Shown here: piece after piece, positions 15,446-30,009 of the stretch
Position numbering within the stretch: the stretch's first letter is position 1
How the letters are laid out: every line of letters starts with the position of its first letter
Assembly (NCBI RefSeq): GCF_006345805.1
Contig: NC_042997.1
Coordinates: 64,790,001-64,854,000, forward strand
Direction of reading: 5' to 3'
Length of the DNA stretch: 64,000 nucleotides
Source of the DNA: Octopus sinensis
Taxonomy: Eukaryota
Position numbers and translations under genes: made by a program
The notes under the pieces: generated by a model
What the model saw: only the letters and a program-made list of their open reading frames with translations
Told to the model about the DNA's origin: nothing
The model's database searches: none

Positions 15446-16499
15446 GTTTCGTCTGGAACAAAATTCTATGCCAGTCGACTTCATAGATTTTCTGAGATTG
15501 ATGTAATTAATGAAATTTTCGGAATGGTGAAAAGAGACAACTGTATGTAAAAGATGTATAGGGAAAGAATTCTTAATGTTCGACGTCCTGAAAAGGAAGA
15601 CCCTGGCTGAATTTGTTAGTGCAGGCATGTGGTCAGTGTTACAGAGTGGATTCTAACGAGGAACAACCAGTGAGTCAGTCGTGATGTTTATAGTAGCAGA
15701 AAGATAAATGTACAGTCGTGGCACCATGCCAGAGGGTCACACACTGGGGCTCGAAATTTTTCATTTTCATGCATTGGCTGAGAATAGACACACTTTTATG
15801 ACTAACTTAGTAATTTTCGTATTATTTTGGTATTGGTGCATTGTTTAACTTCATGCTTTATGGTACTGATTGTAATTGCATTGTATTTGTAAATATATGG
15901 CCTGGTGTTTTAAACTCTGTTGATATTTATATCCATGACTATGGGTGTTCGAAATATGTCATGCAGTTATAAATGCTATGTCGACCCCGGCAACAGTATC
16001 CTATATCCGTGTAGAGATAGATATAAATATTTTCTATGCACATGACAATTTTCGAATTGTGTTCCTTCACAGATTTCCCCCAAAATAGTAATTTTCTTTC
16101 CTCTTTAGTTTATGTAGGTTTAAAACTATTACAGAATATTTTATTTCTGTATAGCATTACTGCTTATATCAATTCTCCCAAGCTAAGCAATTGCGATGCA
16201 GGATTATATTACTGCTTTTCTAAGAGTAGACACAAGCGCTTTATTTTGAATACCCATTCAGAATGAACGGGAATCAAGTGTTGAGATTTATCTGCGAGAA
16301 TTCATCATTTTGTTATTTTTCCATTCAGTTTATTTTCATTTAACGTAATTTTATTTGGAAGGAAGGATATTGCATTTGAACTAGACTAGATGTTCTCAAA
16401 ATATCTTGATAACCGAAAAATCATAGCAAATTTTTTGTACGTAGATATATGTTTGGTTATATAAGCGACTTTATAAAAATGCAACAATTAGAAATAAAG

Positions 16500-16561
<62 letters not shown>

Positions 16562-16883
16562 ATTAGATTTTACAGTAAATGTTATGTACTTGTCTCAAGA
16601 CTTAACAGATAGTAATGATTTCATATTTTAAACGATAGTTTTCAATCTAGTTTTGATATGTAGTATTGTTTAAATAGAATTTGGAATGTGTTTACTACTT
16701 ATTTCATAAAATTTGTGAAGCCGGACCATCGTGGAAGGTTTTTCGTAGCGGTTGGACCAACAAAATATTGCATCAAAATATACCCCAATAACAGCTAATC
16801 AACTTTAAGGACTAGGGAAATATTGCATAATGTAGTGCTAGATATACTGTCTCAAAAATAAAATACAACTCAATATTAATAAA

Positions 16884-16886
16884 GTA

Positions 16887-16949
<63 letters not shown>

Positions 16950-17090
16950 CACACTAACCTCTGCGGTTATATTTTGGCACAACAGTACGTTTGTTTGCCT
17001 CATATGCTAAGCATATGCTCCTCCTCACGGCCTTTGCATTCCACATGTAAATATTATGCGATGGTTACTCAGAACAGTCCTTCCTTTCGT
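16884..17090 (-). mobile_element. Possible extreme 3' end of an RLE LINE with (ACT)n tail
   Basis: Minus strand ends in (ACT)n after a short unique segment, same layout as 160-610; protein similarity is weak. Confidence 0.3.
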
Positions 17091-17637
17091 TAACAGTTTT
17101 GGTTACAATAATCATATTAATAATAATACTAAACTAGAAAGAACGTTTGAAACGTCTGTTATACTTTAAAATAAATTATCGTCAGATTGATTTAAGAGAA
17201 CGAGGGTACTATATTCAACATATGTCTTGCCTACAATATTAAAAATTTCAGTCGATGATTAGCTGATATTGAGTTTTATATTATTGACAATAAAAAAAAA
17301 ATCTCTTTGCTAAAGTGTTTTTTTTTCTTTTTCTCTCTGATTTATAGCGTTCGTGTGTTCGCGACAGTGTACACATATATGTATATATGAATTATAAGTG
17401 ATCACTCGTCTCAGTCAGTCAAAATGACTGTTAGAGAGACTTAAATACGGAACACTATTCATGCTACCATCATATTTATATGCTGTCACAAAAGAAGACA
17501 CATATACACACATATATACCCGCCTTATACCGCACGAATGAATTCGAAGAAGAATGATCAAATACGTCTGTATACTGATTTATGTGCATATACATGTGTA
17601 TATATAAATATGTGTATATGTTTGTGTGTGCCACTAT

Positions 17638-17681
<44 letters not shown>

Positions 17682-17718
17682 GTTTGTGTGTATTTATGTG
17701 TATATATATATGTATGTG

Positions 17719-17766
<48 letters not shown>

Positions 17767-18311
17767 TATTGTTTGAACCTGTTTTCCCTATATTCCACAT
17801 TTAAAATTTTCATTCGTATCCCTCCTCTATTCCACACTTGCTTTTCTATATCTCTGAAGAACTGTTTTTCTTACTCAGTTACCCTTTCTCTTGGTGTCTC
17901 TGCCTCTTTGTCTGTCTTACTCTCGCTCTTCTCATACCCCACTCTCTCACTCTGACTTCCTCTGTGTATATGTCTGTATGTGAGTATGTGGAGGGTGAGT
18001 TTATAAATATCGATTGTTTTTATGTCAGAACGGCAACCTTATATCAAAGTGTACAGCTAATTATATAGAGAAAAATCGATACGCTGAAGTTAAAAATCAA
18101 AGTTTAAAATATCAGTTTAATAAACGTCTTTGACATTTGCTTTTCTTTACTACATATAACAGCACAATAGCTTTGTTTATATTTGGTTTGGTAACATATA
18201 TATACTGACAAAAATAACATAGAATTACATCCAATATATACAATCTTTATGTGCGCACACGCATGTATGCATATAAGTATATACGTACATACAAACATAT
18301 ATATGTGCCAG

Positions 18312-18392
<81 letters not shown>

Positions 18393-20807
18393 TGTGTGTG
18401 TATATAGATATATAATATGCATCCAAGCGGACTCGCACGCACACACACGCATACGCACAGATACATACACACCCACACAGACACCCGCACGCATATATGT
18501 ATGTATTATCGCCGATAAATACGTATTCATATTTTCTAAGACTTGTTTGAGTGACTTATGAAGAGGATGTTGTCATTGTGTTTATATACAATATTAGAAA
18601 AGTATCCAACAACAATAGTTGTTTGCAAAATGAAAAAAAATTCCCAATTACCTTGAAAGATTAATATTTAAGAACCAATTATGATCTATTTCAATAAATA
18701 TCTATATCTGACATATTCAATATCTTTACCTATCACACTTGATAGAAAAGCAGACAAACACACGTAGAGAGTCTAATGAGTTGCAAAACCTTTATGGAAT
18801 ACAATGTTATATAACAGGGGAAACATATTAATTTTCCACGATCTAATTCACCTAGTCAACGACTGGAACTTGTTCAGTGAACTAGCATCCAACGACAGAT
18901 GAGTTTCTGTAGTAAAGATGAGCATAATAGAGAAGGGAGCTAGCTTTGAGTCACACACAGGAAACAAAAATTACAAAAGCATTAATTCAGTCAATTGCAC
19001 CGGGCGATTGTTTGCATCTACATCGCAAGAGAAGCCAAGTTTCAAACAATGTTTCAGCTACTATCCATCAACTTATTTTCGTTTAAAATTTCTATGTGGA
19101 TATCAGGAGAGGGGATAAGGCTCTGTGACATATACTGCTAAGTGAGCGATTACAAAACCACTTGAACGCGAAGTGCATTGGGAAATTTTTTTATTTTTTA
19201 ACCTAAACTTCATGCAGTTGCTCATACACCATACCTCCATCGATGACCATGTCTAGGTAATGTAACATTGAAAATTATTTCGATTGTAGCAGCAATATAT
19301 TAATTTTTTTTAAATGCAGACTAGTAATAATATTAGGTAGTCTACGCAATCCCTAATTATCTGCGCCTATAAAACAGAGAGAAGCATTGACTTTATTATC
19401 TGAAGGGAACCATAAAAGGAAAAATAATTATGTTTCACTTTTATTTACAGAAGTTAAGATATCCCACACGCAGTCACATCCAAATATTTTGGGTTTTATA
19501 GATTTTTACATGACATGCATATTCTCACTTCCTTTGTATTAGTGTATCGATAACATAACAGTAAAACCGTTTTGAAATCAGTGCTTATTCCTAATCAGAA
19601 CATTTTTGAATGAGGAACAGCTAATTTCAGAGAAGGCCCTGACAATATGTATGCACTTCTACTAAGGCTCGTCCTAAATTTTCCTACCCGTACATAACAT
19701 GTTATTTACACAATTTCTGTTCTTCAGAATGAAGTGTAAATGTTGGCGTTTACTTAGAAATGATCACAAGAAATTGTCTAGATAGAGTGTTATATAATAT
19801 TAGAAGGGACGTAATTCTTTTCCCAAACTATGCACCAATAACAGCGTATCCAGTTGTGAACGAGGAGAAATTGGAAATTCTCTTTCTGAAAATAAGCAAT
19901 CCCGTTAGAACTAATGCCATATTGCCCAAACTAAACAGTAAAACCACAAATACATTCTAACATATTAAATTTCGAACTAATTGGCGACCAACATCAATAT
20001 TCACACCTCAAATTCTTGTAGAGACCATTCACTTACAATAGTATTTTAAAGAAAGTTCATATTTCTTATATTTTTCTTTATTTTGTTTCTTCTTTATATA
20101 TAGGAATGTTATCCTTACATTTATATTAATACAAATAGGAACATTTCAACAAATACGCATACGGACACTATGTTTTCTAAACATGTTTTCATTGTACCAA
20201 TAAAATAAGTATTTCGTTTATCGTAACTTTATATAAATAGACTTTCTATATTAACCAATCCGAACATTTCATTTCCTTTCCTCCACATTAATATATTATC
20301 AAAAATTACTTAACACAATATACAGCAATTGTTTGAAAAAATACCCATTATTATTTTGTGTGTAACGTTAGTGAAGCAGGCAAAATGGAAATTCGTTCAA
20401 ATTGGTTCATAAGTTTGTCTCTTCTAATAAGTCATGTCTTCTGCATAGTATCCATTGTAATATATAACGTCTTGTAACCAAATTGTCAGTGAGTAATCTT
20501 TAGTATTGTAAAACATTAATCACGTTTCCGTAAATATCGGAGATGGCTTTCTTCATATTTAAAACGTATCAAGAAACGCAGCAATTTGTCATATTCTGTA
20601 AACGCAATATATACAGTAACAGCATTTACTTTCTCGAGTTACTTTTAGATCTTCCATCTTATCTGTCTTTCACATCTTATTAACTTTGGCATGATACTAT
20701 CTATCTTTAGAACCGCATATTTTATTAATATTTTTCAGTCGACAATGCAAAATACACACAGCATTGCATGTATGTGTGAATGAGAGTTTATATAATGTAA
20801 GCATTCG

Positions 20808-20940
20808 GCGCAGGAGTAGATGTGTTGTAAGAAGCTTGTTTCCCAAAGACATGGCATCTTGAATGTCTTCTGTTATAGCCTCAGGCCGACCAAAACCTTG
20901 TGAGTGGATTTGGTAGACGGAAACTGAAAGAAGCCCGTCG

Positions 20941-20993
<53 letters not shown>

Positions 20994-21080
20994 CTAACGT
21001 TTTTTGTGTTTTAAATGGTTTATAAACAACTTCCACCGCAATTGTTTTTGTTTCAGCACACGTTCTCAGATCAGGCCACG

Positions 21081-21127
<47 letters not shown>

Positions 21128-21332
21128 TATTATGTGTTTGTGTGTCTGTGCGTGTCCCCTTACCGATGTTGGTCGGTCAGATTACGTCACCTTAACATAG
21201 CAGATCGGCAAAAGAGACCGACAGAATAAGTACTAGGCTTACAAAAAATAAGTCCTGGACTTTATTTGTTCGACTAAAGGTGGTGCTCCAGCATGACCGC
21301 AGTCAAATGACTGAAACAAGTAAAAAAAGAGT
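20808..21332 (+). mobile_element. tRNA-derived SINE, internally deleted and interrupted by microsatellites
   Basis: Head ggcgcaggagt..gtgttgtaagaagcttg, body ggccgaccaaaaccttgtgagtggatttggtagacggaaactgaaagaagcccgtcg, tail ...gtgctccagcatgaccgcagtcaaatgactgaaacaagtaaaa; related pieces at 42742 and 44225/44447. Confidence 0.7.
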
Positions 21333-21356
21333 AAACAGTATATATATATATATATG

Positions 21357-21435
<79 letters not shown>

Positions 21436-24400
21436 ATACATACACATATAAGTTTGCGTGTATATGTGTGTATTTGAGTATGCATATAAACATCACTGTT
21501 TCCATTGCCCGTACTACCCACTCCCCAGTCCGCTTTCATATTCCACAAACGTACCAGCAAAGACTCCACTTTCTCCTCGTACTGCACGCGTGTTCCATTT
21601 CCTATTTCTAGTTCCCCTACTTATGTCATTGACCATAATCGATATCTTCCAATAAGTGTCCAGAATCTCTTCTATCGCATAACCTTTCACCTTACATCCC
21701 GTATTAATGTCGGTGGTGTTAGCATTTCTGAGAACTGTGTATGAAAAATCTTGGGCTGAAAATAATGTTCTCTTCGATAACGACTTGTTCTTTTCAATAA
21801 CAATTAAATATATTTTAAATACTATGGGTGAACGCTCGGAAATGCAAGTACAATAGCTTTTTATATAAGGAGCGGTAGGAGATATGGAAAGTAAAATAGA
21901 TAAAGAAGAAAATTCAGAAAAACGAAGAATAATTAAACGACTAAAGAAAAAAAAGAAAAAAATAATTAAATTTTCAGTAAAATTTGCCAGCTTTGCAGAA
22001 AACTTGAGAAAACAATTGCCACATTTAGGTTGGTTGTGACCAGTTCCATAAAACAAGCATATCATGGTTTTCAGTCATCCCTGTTTACCTTGGTTGTTGA
22101 AAACTATTGGTGTATTCAATACTTTCTTCAATATTTTTCTTATGTCTGTTTGCAGAGGCCACATATTTTTCCTGTCATTTATACTGTAAGCTTTACACTT
22201 TTCAACATTTCTCCACCTGCTACTCTATTCTTTTCGTTTTTCAAAGACCAGATTTATTTTGCTAGATCTTATACATTATGTATCCCAAAGTTTCTCAAGA
22301 AATATGTCAATTGTTAAATTTTTTATGAACGACACTTTTTCTATAGCTACAACATACTTCCACACTTCGTGTCTAAAGATTTTACTTTCACCTTATACAG
22401 CATTTGTATTGTAGGATTAATCGAATGACCATTCGGTGAAGTCTCGACATAAAGCCTTCATGAGTGAGTTGAAGCTATACACCATAGCTTTTTTATGTTG
22501 GCTATTCAACAAATACTATCTTTAAGGAAGAGCCTATTGAATAATTCCATATATCTATGGGTGAGATGGAGAGAAAGTACAGAGCTATTAGCTGTAGGAT
22601 GGATTTAATTACGATCCACTTGGCATTTAGAGGAGAGCAGGGTAAGAACCAAATGATTTTACGGCGCTATTCCATTTTTATAATGGCTGTGATTCGTCAT
22701 AGAAGCAATCATTTCCGTTAATCCTTACACTCCAATGGCATCGTAAAAGCTTCTCTCGTATAGAAATCCCTTACTATAAAACTCAGAATTGCTCTACAAG
22801 CATTATAAAGATTAAAAACAACTTCAAGAAGTGTCTTCAACTCGTATTTACGAGAGAAAGCTTTTCTAAAATATCTATATAGGCTTGTACTTAAATCTAG
22901 TGTGAAATCTTAACAATCGACTAATATTAAGAAAGTTTCTGTAATAATTTTGTCTGATATATCTGTATGTTACTGATATATCCTTCCTTCTACGGTTGAA
23001 AACGTGTCGTTATGTGCTTTTAAATATATTAACGGATAATTTCTGTACAAGAAAAGTAACAGTGGCGATTTTGAACTTTAACGACAACGCACTCTAAGTT
23101 TTATTGTTATCATCTTCGTTTTTACTGCTTTCCCTAATAATGAGTGATAAATAAATGGAGAAAGATATTCAATGTGAAACCGGCTAAATTCAGCATTTCT
23201 ATTATTTCAATATGACCCAAGTAATATATGGATTTATTGGCTAAGTGCAACCAGAGTACCATATATAATGCGACCAACGTGCCGCACATATATTGGAACA
23301 CGTTTTTGAGATAACTAGATATTTTTTTATTTATATGAATACATAAACGCAAAGGGACTGTGTTGTATATTGTCGTGATCATAGGAAATGATCTTCGTAT
23401 ATTCCAGTAGAGGCTACATATGTAGGCTTTAAAATCCGTTACAGTTAAGGCAGATAATTCAACAAGTGCAGCAGAATTTTATAAGATATTTTAATTTGAA
23501 ATCTATGTAATCTAGGGCAGAGGTTTTTAGGCATTGAACTTTTTGCTATTTGCAAGTATTGATGTATAGTATTTTTTATATTTTTGCACGATTATTATAT
23601 CTTTCAGAACGATGCTGGCAAAAATGATGTTTGCGAACGCGATTATGCTTTAACTTCCTTAAAAATAGAATGCAATGCATTACAGCTAACTTGCCACGCC
23701 TGCCTTACATGTTTCCGTTGAACAGTTTAAAGTATTTTCCTTTTTTTTTCTAATGGTGTGTACTTATCGAACTAAGGATTTACTCCTTAATTACGGATAT
23801 ATTTGGCTATCGATGCTATAATTTGGTCGAATAGTTCATGATACTTAGAGAGAATATTGCATTACAGAAAATACAATTGCTATGATATAACAATAACGCA
23901 TTCAGTTCCTAACGTTAATCAAAATACCAAACATGAAAATTTCTAGAAATTATATATCTATATGGTATCATGAATAAAGATATGTATGACTCTGAAGCTG
24001 TACAAGTGATAATCAATAAAGAATTATGCTTTCTATTCTTAGGTACGCTCATTAATTCCCAGACCCCTTTTCCATTATAGAATCATCTTAATTGCTTCAA
24101 TCTGGTGGTATTACACTCAGAGTGAATTACCGTTTAAGCATTTATTCTGTAACCGGTTTATTGATTTTATTTACAGAAAAAATTATCTAGGTCATTATAG
24201 CAGTGTATAAATCGCTACAGTTAGAATATTTATTGTTTAGCTACCTACTTCATTAATAAAAAAATCGAGAAGTGATTTTCATACAACACGATTGTAGTAT
24301 ACACTATCTAAAGGAATCTATAACTGATAAGTGGGAATATATTTACTAAAATATTAATAAACCACTACAAAAAATGAGATCATGAGAATATTCAAACAGA

Positions 24401-24728
24401 TAATGATAACACACCATTTTCAGTTTAGCTTTGTGCTGAAATAATACTACAGAAATACTGAATCTACTTTAAATCAAGTTATTGAATTTGACACTGAGTC
24501 AATCTTCCATACTAATTTCACACATAAATCTTTATCTTATTTCATTTTTTCTTCTTCTTATCTCACTCTGTCGCTTCCCATCCATTCACTCATATATATA
24601 TATATTATAATTATTAGGGAATATTACTTCCGTGTACACTGGAAAAAAACATTCAAATTTGATGTACTAAAATAAACATCTCTCAATGTTTAATTCGTAT
24701 ATATAAAAGTAGTTTTAGAGATAGAACC

Positions 24729-25041
24729 ACCTTCAATTCAACCAACATTAAAAGATTTTATACCCGACCAGTCCATGAAATGTTAAATATTAAATCCTAT
24801 ACTAACTATATCTATTCTGAATCCCGTATTTCCCGTTTATAAGACTACACGTGTTTCAGGTAGGTACTGAAACTAGATACCTCGTATCTAAGCAATACCG
24901 ATGTACATACATGAAACACGTGTAGTCTTATAAACGGAAAATACGGGATCCAGAATAGATATAGTGTGTATAAGGTTTAATATTTAACATTTTATAGATT
25001 GGTCGGATATAAAATCTTTCAAAGTTCATTGAGTTGAAGGT
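24729..25041. repeat. Foldback (about 130-bp arms, 24729-24858 / 24912-25041) carrying the 3' half of an HHR
   Basis: Imperfect reverse-complement arms; ATGTA-ca-TACAT GAAA CACGTG TA GTCTTAT at 24901-24931. Confidence 0.75.
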
Positions 25042-25940
25042 AGTCTGGAGATATGCCGAGCAATTGTTAATCAACAACCCTGTTATGTCAGAGGGGCGGG
25101 AACATATGAGGAACCTAGTTTCAATGTGGATAGACTGCAAGAAAGCCTTGAACTCTGTTCCACACTTATGGGTCCTAAAAGCCCTTCAACTAGCTAAAAT
25201 TCCTGTGAACAAAGTCAAAGCCATAGCTGACCCAACTTCATCATGAGCTACCATCTTGAAATTAAACATAAAGAGTGACTGTATTATCACTGACAGAATA
25301 CAGTATCGCAAAGGCTTATTCAAAGAGAACAGCCTCTATATTATATTGTTTATACCTTCTGTAAACACATTGTCATTCATCTTAAGGAAGTTTAAAGGAT
25401 ATATCACTAGTTCACAAGGAAACAGAAATACCAAGACTCCACAATGTTTCTTTGCGGATGACTTGAAATTTTATGCAAAGAATATGCATGAGATGAAAAA
25501 GAAATTTGATCTACTTTCAGTATTCTCAAAGGATGCAGTGTCGCACTTTGATCAAGATAAATGTTGTTATATGTTTGTGAAAAGGGGGAAAACTATAAAC
25601 CGGACTAGCAATATTTCCATCATTTGACTGTTTTTACTGTATCTGACAAGGAATGATACAAATGTCTAATGGTGGATGAAAACATATCTTACGATTTCAT
25701 CAGTAATAAAACACGTGTCACTAAAGAGTATTACAGTAGTACATCAGTGCTTAATAAAACAGTGAGCCACAATGTGTTTACAGAGCCAGTACTCATACCA
25801 ACAATTGGGTTGCTTGATTGGACGCTTGATGAGATCCGTGCCGTTCATGCGAAAACCGCCAAAATACTGACAAGAATACATAATTTCCACATAAACAGTG
25901 ATGTAGACCGCATCTACCTAAAACAAAAACAAAGTGAGAA
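25042..25940 (+). pseudogene. Decayed R4/Dong-like LINE RT fragment
   Basis: EQLLIN...WIDCKKALNSVPHLW (motif A), YRKGLFKENSL (motif B), FFADDLKFYAK (motif C), FHINSDVDRIYL; interrupted by stops and frameshifts. Confidence 0.85.
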
Positions 25941-26489
25941 ATGTACAATTCTTGGTATATTTCATTGACAAAGGCAAAGTATTTTTATACAGAGCCAGTA
26001 ACCTAGGGTCTGGAATTATCCAATTTTTACTAGTTTATTTATGTAGTTGTCTTTTCAGGATGTGCTGTATTGTACACCTGATGTGGTTTTTAGAGTCAGG
26101 TTTTGACTACTATTTCAAGCATGGTGGTATCTCTTAGATACCCTTATTTATAACTTTAAACATATATATGTTTGCAAAAAGAAAGAATGACTTCACTGGT
26201 AGATCTAATCAGTTTAACTTATACTTTTTAATGTTTTAATAATAAAAATGACGATGATGATGATAATGATAGATGCATACGCAAATATATGGGCACATAT
26301 AAAGCAGAAAAATATACACGCGTGTGCATGTGTTCGTATATACATATTTATATATATCCACACACATGTATACATACATGTATGTAAACGTGTGCATGTA
26401 TCACACCTGAATATTTACATACCCATATACACATGCACACGTACACACACATACATATGCATACGTATCTACACTACTCAAGTATTTAA

Positions 26490-27720
26490 GAAGGGGATCC
26501 TTTTCCGCATGATATGAAATATCCACAGCAAGTGGTGTTTCTGATAGAGGGGTCTTTAATTTGTTGTTTGTTTACACGAATTCTGTCATGTAGTCCCGTT
26601 CTGGTTTCACCGACATAGTACTATTTATATTGTGGGTAATTTGCACAGTAAATTAAGATTTTCGCTTTGCAGTTCAGGTTTGCATTGACTTTGGAAATCT
26701 CATTGTTTTTAAGGAGATTTGTCTACCATTTCAATGTATTCATAGGTTGCGCATCGAGTGTCACCGCATTTTTTGCATTGTTTCAATATTAGATGTAAAT
26801 GTCGCCTTGGTGAATATTTTTTTGTTTGGTGCTTGGTGTCTGCTATATATTATTGGCGAGGCTTTTATGAATGCATTCATTTTGAGGGATTCTTGGAGAT
26901 TTGGGAAATATTGTTTGGCGACTTTAACGATGTTGAAGTTCCTTGGGTTACAAGTGACAACACTTGTCCTTTATTTTTTTCTTTGGTTTATTCTTCTGTG
27001 TTGTCACCGGAATGTTCTGGGCTTTGAACGTGGCTGTATTCATCAGATATTCTTGTCTTTTAAGGAACCATCTTAATTCATGAAATCTTTTTTCCTGTAG
27101 TGCGTTTTGTCAGGTTGGAAATTTTTAATTGTGCTTAGTTATATGGAAGGACTGGGTGCTTTTTTACTATTATGTTCCTTTCGGCATGTGAGGGGTGTGC
27201 GGATCGGTAATTTAAGTATTAATGTGTGTCTGTTGGTTTGCAAAATAGGTCAGTTTTGATATTTTCCTTTCTTTAATGATAAGGATACGCAGAAATGGTA
27301 GTTCCTTTCTACTGCATTCCATGGTGAATTGTATTGCTTCATGAACCCTGATTACGATGAAATGAAATCTTTGGGGGTCTTCTTGGTTTCTATCTCAGAA
27401 AATGAGGCAATCATCTAGGTAACGTTTTTTGCATATATTGGGGCTACGTTGATATCCATGGCTGAAAATATAGCACGTTATGAAAAAGGAAGTGGTTGTT
27501 CTCCAATATTAATTAGAGCCCTTCCAAACTAATCACTTTCGGGAATCTCTCTTAAATTGAATCTGAATTGTTTGTAAATCAGGAGTCAACAGTTTCAGTT
27601 CCTAAGCCATGTGGGATATTAGTATATAAGCTTGTTATATCAAAGCTGACTAAGATTATCATCTTTGATGTAGCTTGGCATTTTTTACATAGGTGTTTCA
27701 AAATAATGCCTAATAAGTAG
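26490..27720 (-). pseudogene. Decayed Penelope-like element (Neptune-type): RT to GIY-YIG
   Basis: Minus-strand translation: ILVSFDITSLYTNIPHGLG (RT motif A, about 27660-27600), KKCGDTRCAT (Cys linker), LNCKAKILIYC...YVGETRTGLHDRIRVNKQQIKD (GIY-YIG). Confidence 0.8.
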
Positions 27721-28674
27721 TTGCTTAGATGTTGTATGCTTGAGGTTGAGCCACCAACAATTCGGCGTATTTCTTTTTTTGTGCCTCATATGTACCTATA
27801 CCTCCCTGTACCAAGGATCTCACACATTTTCCGATATATATTTTTTTTTTCTTATGCTTCATTAACGTAAGTGGATTATTGGTTATAGAATGCAACTTAT
27901 ATAATCAATATATATATGTCTAACCGTAAGGAAGGTGAACTCATTACTGATTTAAAAAAAAACTTGACAGTATTCACCCCATATAGATGTGGCTTACGTC
28001 TCTGCGAAAGGTGCTCTGAAAGAAAGGTATATAAATGGGGAATCAGATGAGGAGTAAAAGTTATCACAGAAAGAAAAACATGTTGAAACACATGATCATC
28101 CCGCAATTGATGTAGTATGGTCATGTTCCAACTAACAATCTTAGTGTTTCTACTAATCTGGTGCTTTCCTTCAACATTGTTGAATAAATTATTAAACAAT
28201 GTTAAAGAGACGCACGGAAGATGGTGTGACTAGATAGCCCTCATTTTAATATGGATGAGTAAATAAATAGAGAAATAAATATTTTTTATTGTTTGTGATG
28301 GGTGTTTATATCATTTTTCTCTCGAGATTATGTTGTATGAAAGTTAATGCCAATTTGTATGTCTACCCAATACTATCGTACAGAAAGATCAGTATTTTCT
28401 TCACAAATTTAAATCTTACACAATGTCTTCCAATTTCCAACATCACCTCCCGCAAAAGAGTTGCCCCTTTAATAGTTGTTGCAGGATCAATGGATTTCGT
28501 TATAGATATTAGAATAATGGAGAACAATTATAAAAACATAAACACGACAATATATTAAAAACTAATATATATATATATATATATATAAATATATATGTAT
28601 GGATATATATATATATATATGCGTATATGTATTATCTATGTATGTCTATGTATACATATATATGTATATATGTA

Positions 28675-28715
<41 letters not shown>

Positions 28716-28951
28716 GTGCGTGTATGAATGTATACCTCCACTCACACACATACACATACATATAATTACATATTTACATGTAGATAAAATATGTGTTACA
28801 GCATCATCTGGAAAAAGCTTTTTCTTCGGCTAAGTCAGTAATAATGTAACTCCCAACTGAGCTGTCTTTGCGCGTGTGCGTGTGTGTGTAAGTATATGCT
28901 TGTGTATGTGTATATGTTTGCGTATATGAGTGCATACATACTTACACACAA

Positions 28952-29070
<119 letters not shown>

Positions 29071-29962
29071 CATATATATATATGCACATATATGTCTGTA
29101 TATGAAATGCATACGCACGAGCGGATATATATGTACTGCTCGTATATATAAATACATGTAAGTCAATACAGGCCCAGAGATCCACACAAGTACATACACG
29201 CCCTACGCAAGCACACACGTACACATGTTGCTGTGTGAGTATTTTTGTTTGAAATGAATAACGAAAATGCATGTTAAGGAGCATATACTATACGAATTTT
29301 TTTATTCGTATTTAAATATCTGTAATATTGATTTTATCCAAGAAGTTTTCGTATATATTGTATAGGTGTTTTATTTCAAGTTCTCTTCTAGCGAAGATAC
29401 CATGAAATAATTTTCTTAATGCTATGGATCCTATACGCTTAAATGCTTACCAGTGCTGTATTAGAAGATGAATGAGCTTCCCAGGCAGTTAAGCACACAT
29501 ATAGATTAATGCATAATACAGTTTTCATTTTCTTCTACCTACATAAGTTTACTATCGCTATATAATTTTATCTTACAGATAATTACTTACACATCTAATG
29601 CAGATCACTTCTTCTCGTTGTCCACATTTGATATTAGTTTCATTTTTTCCCTCCTTCATTCCATTCACTACATAAAGCTTCCCTTCTATCTGATTCATCA
29701 ACTGCATGGTTCTCAATGGAATCCAAATGTTTTAGCGCTTTATAAGCACACATATACCTATACACATGCAGTTATGTATATATGTATAGCCAAACAGAGT
29801 AATAGATATATATGTGTGTATTAAGATACGTAGCTAGGCATGGACATATTATATATGAATATCTAACAATCTATCCATCCATGTATTTATCTCAGTATCT
29901 ATCGATCTATCTGTCTGTCTCTCTGCCAGTCTCTGTCTGCCCCTGTCTCTCTCTCTTTATGC

Positions 29963-30009
<47 letters not shown>

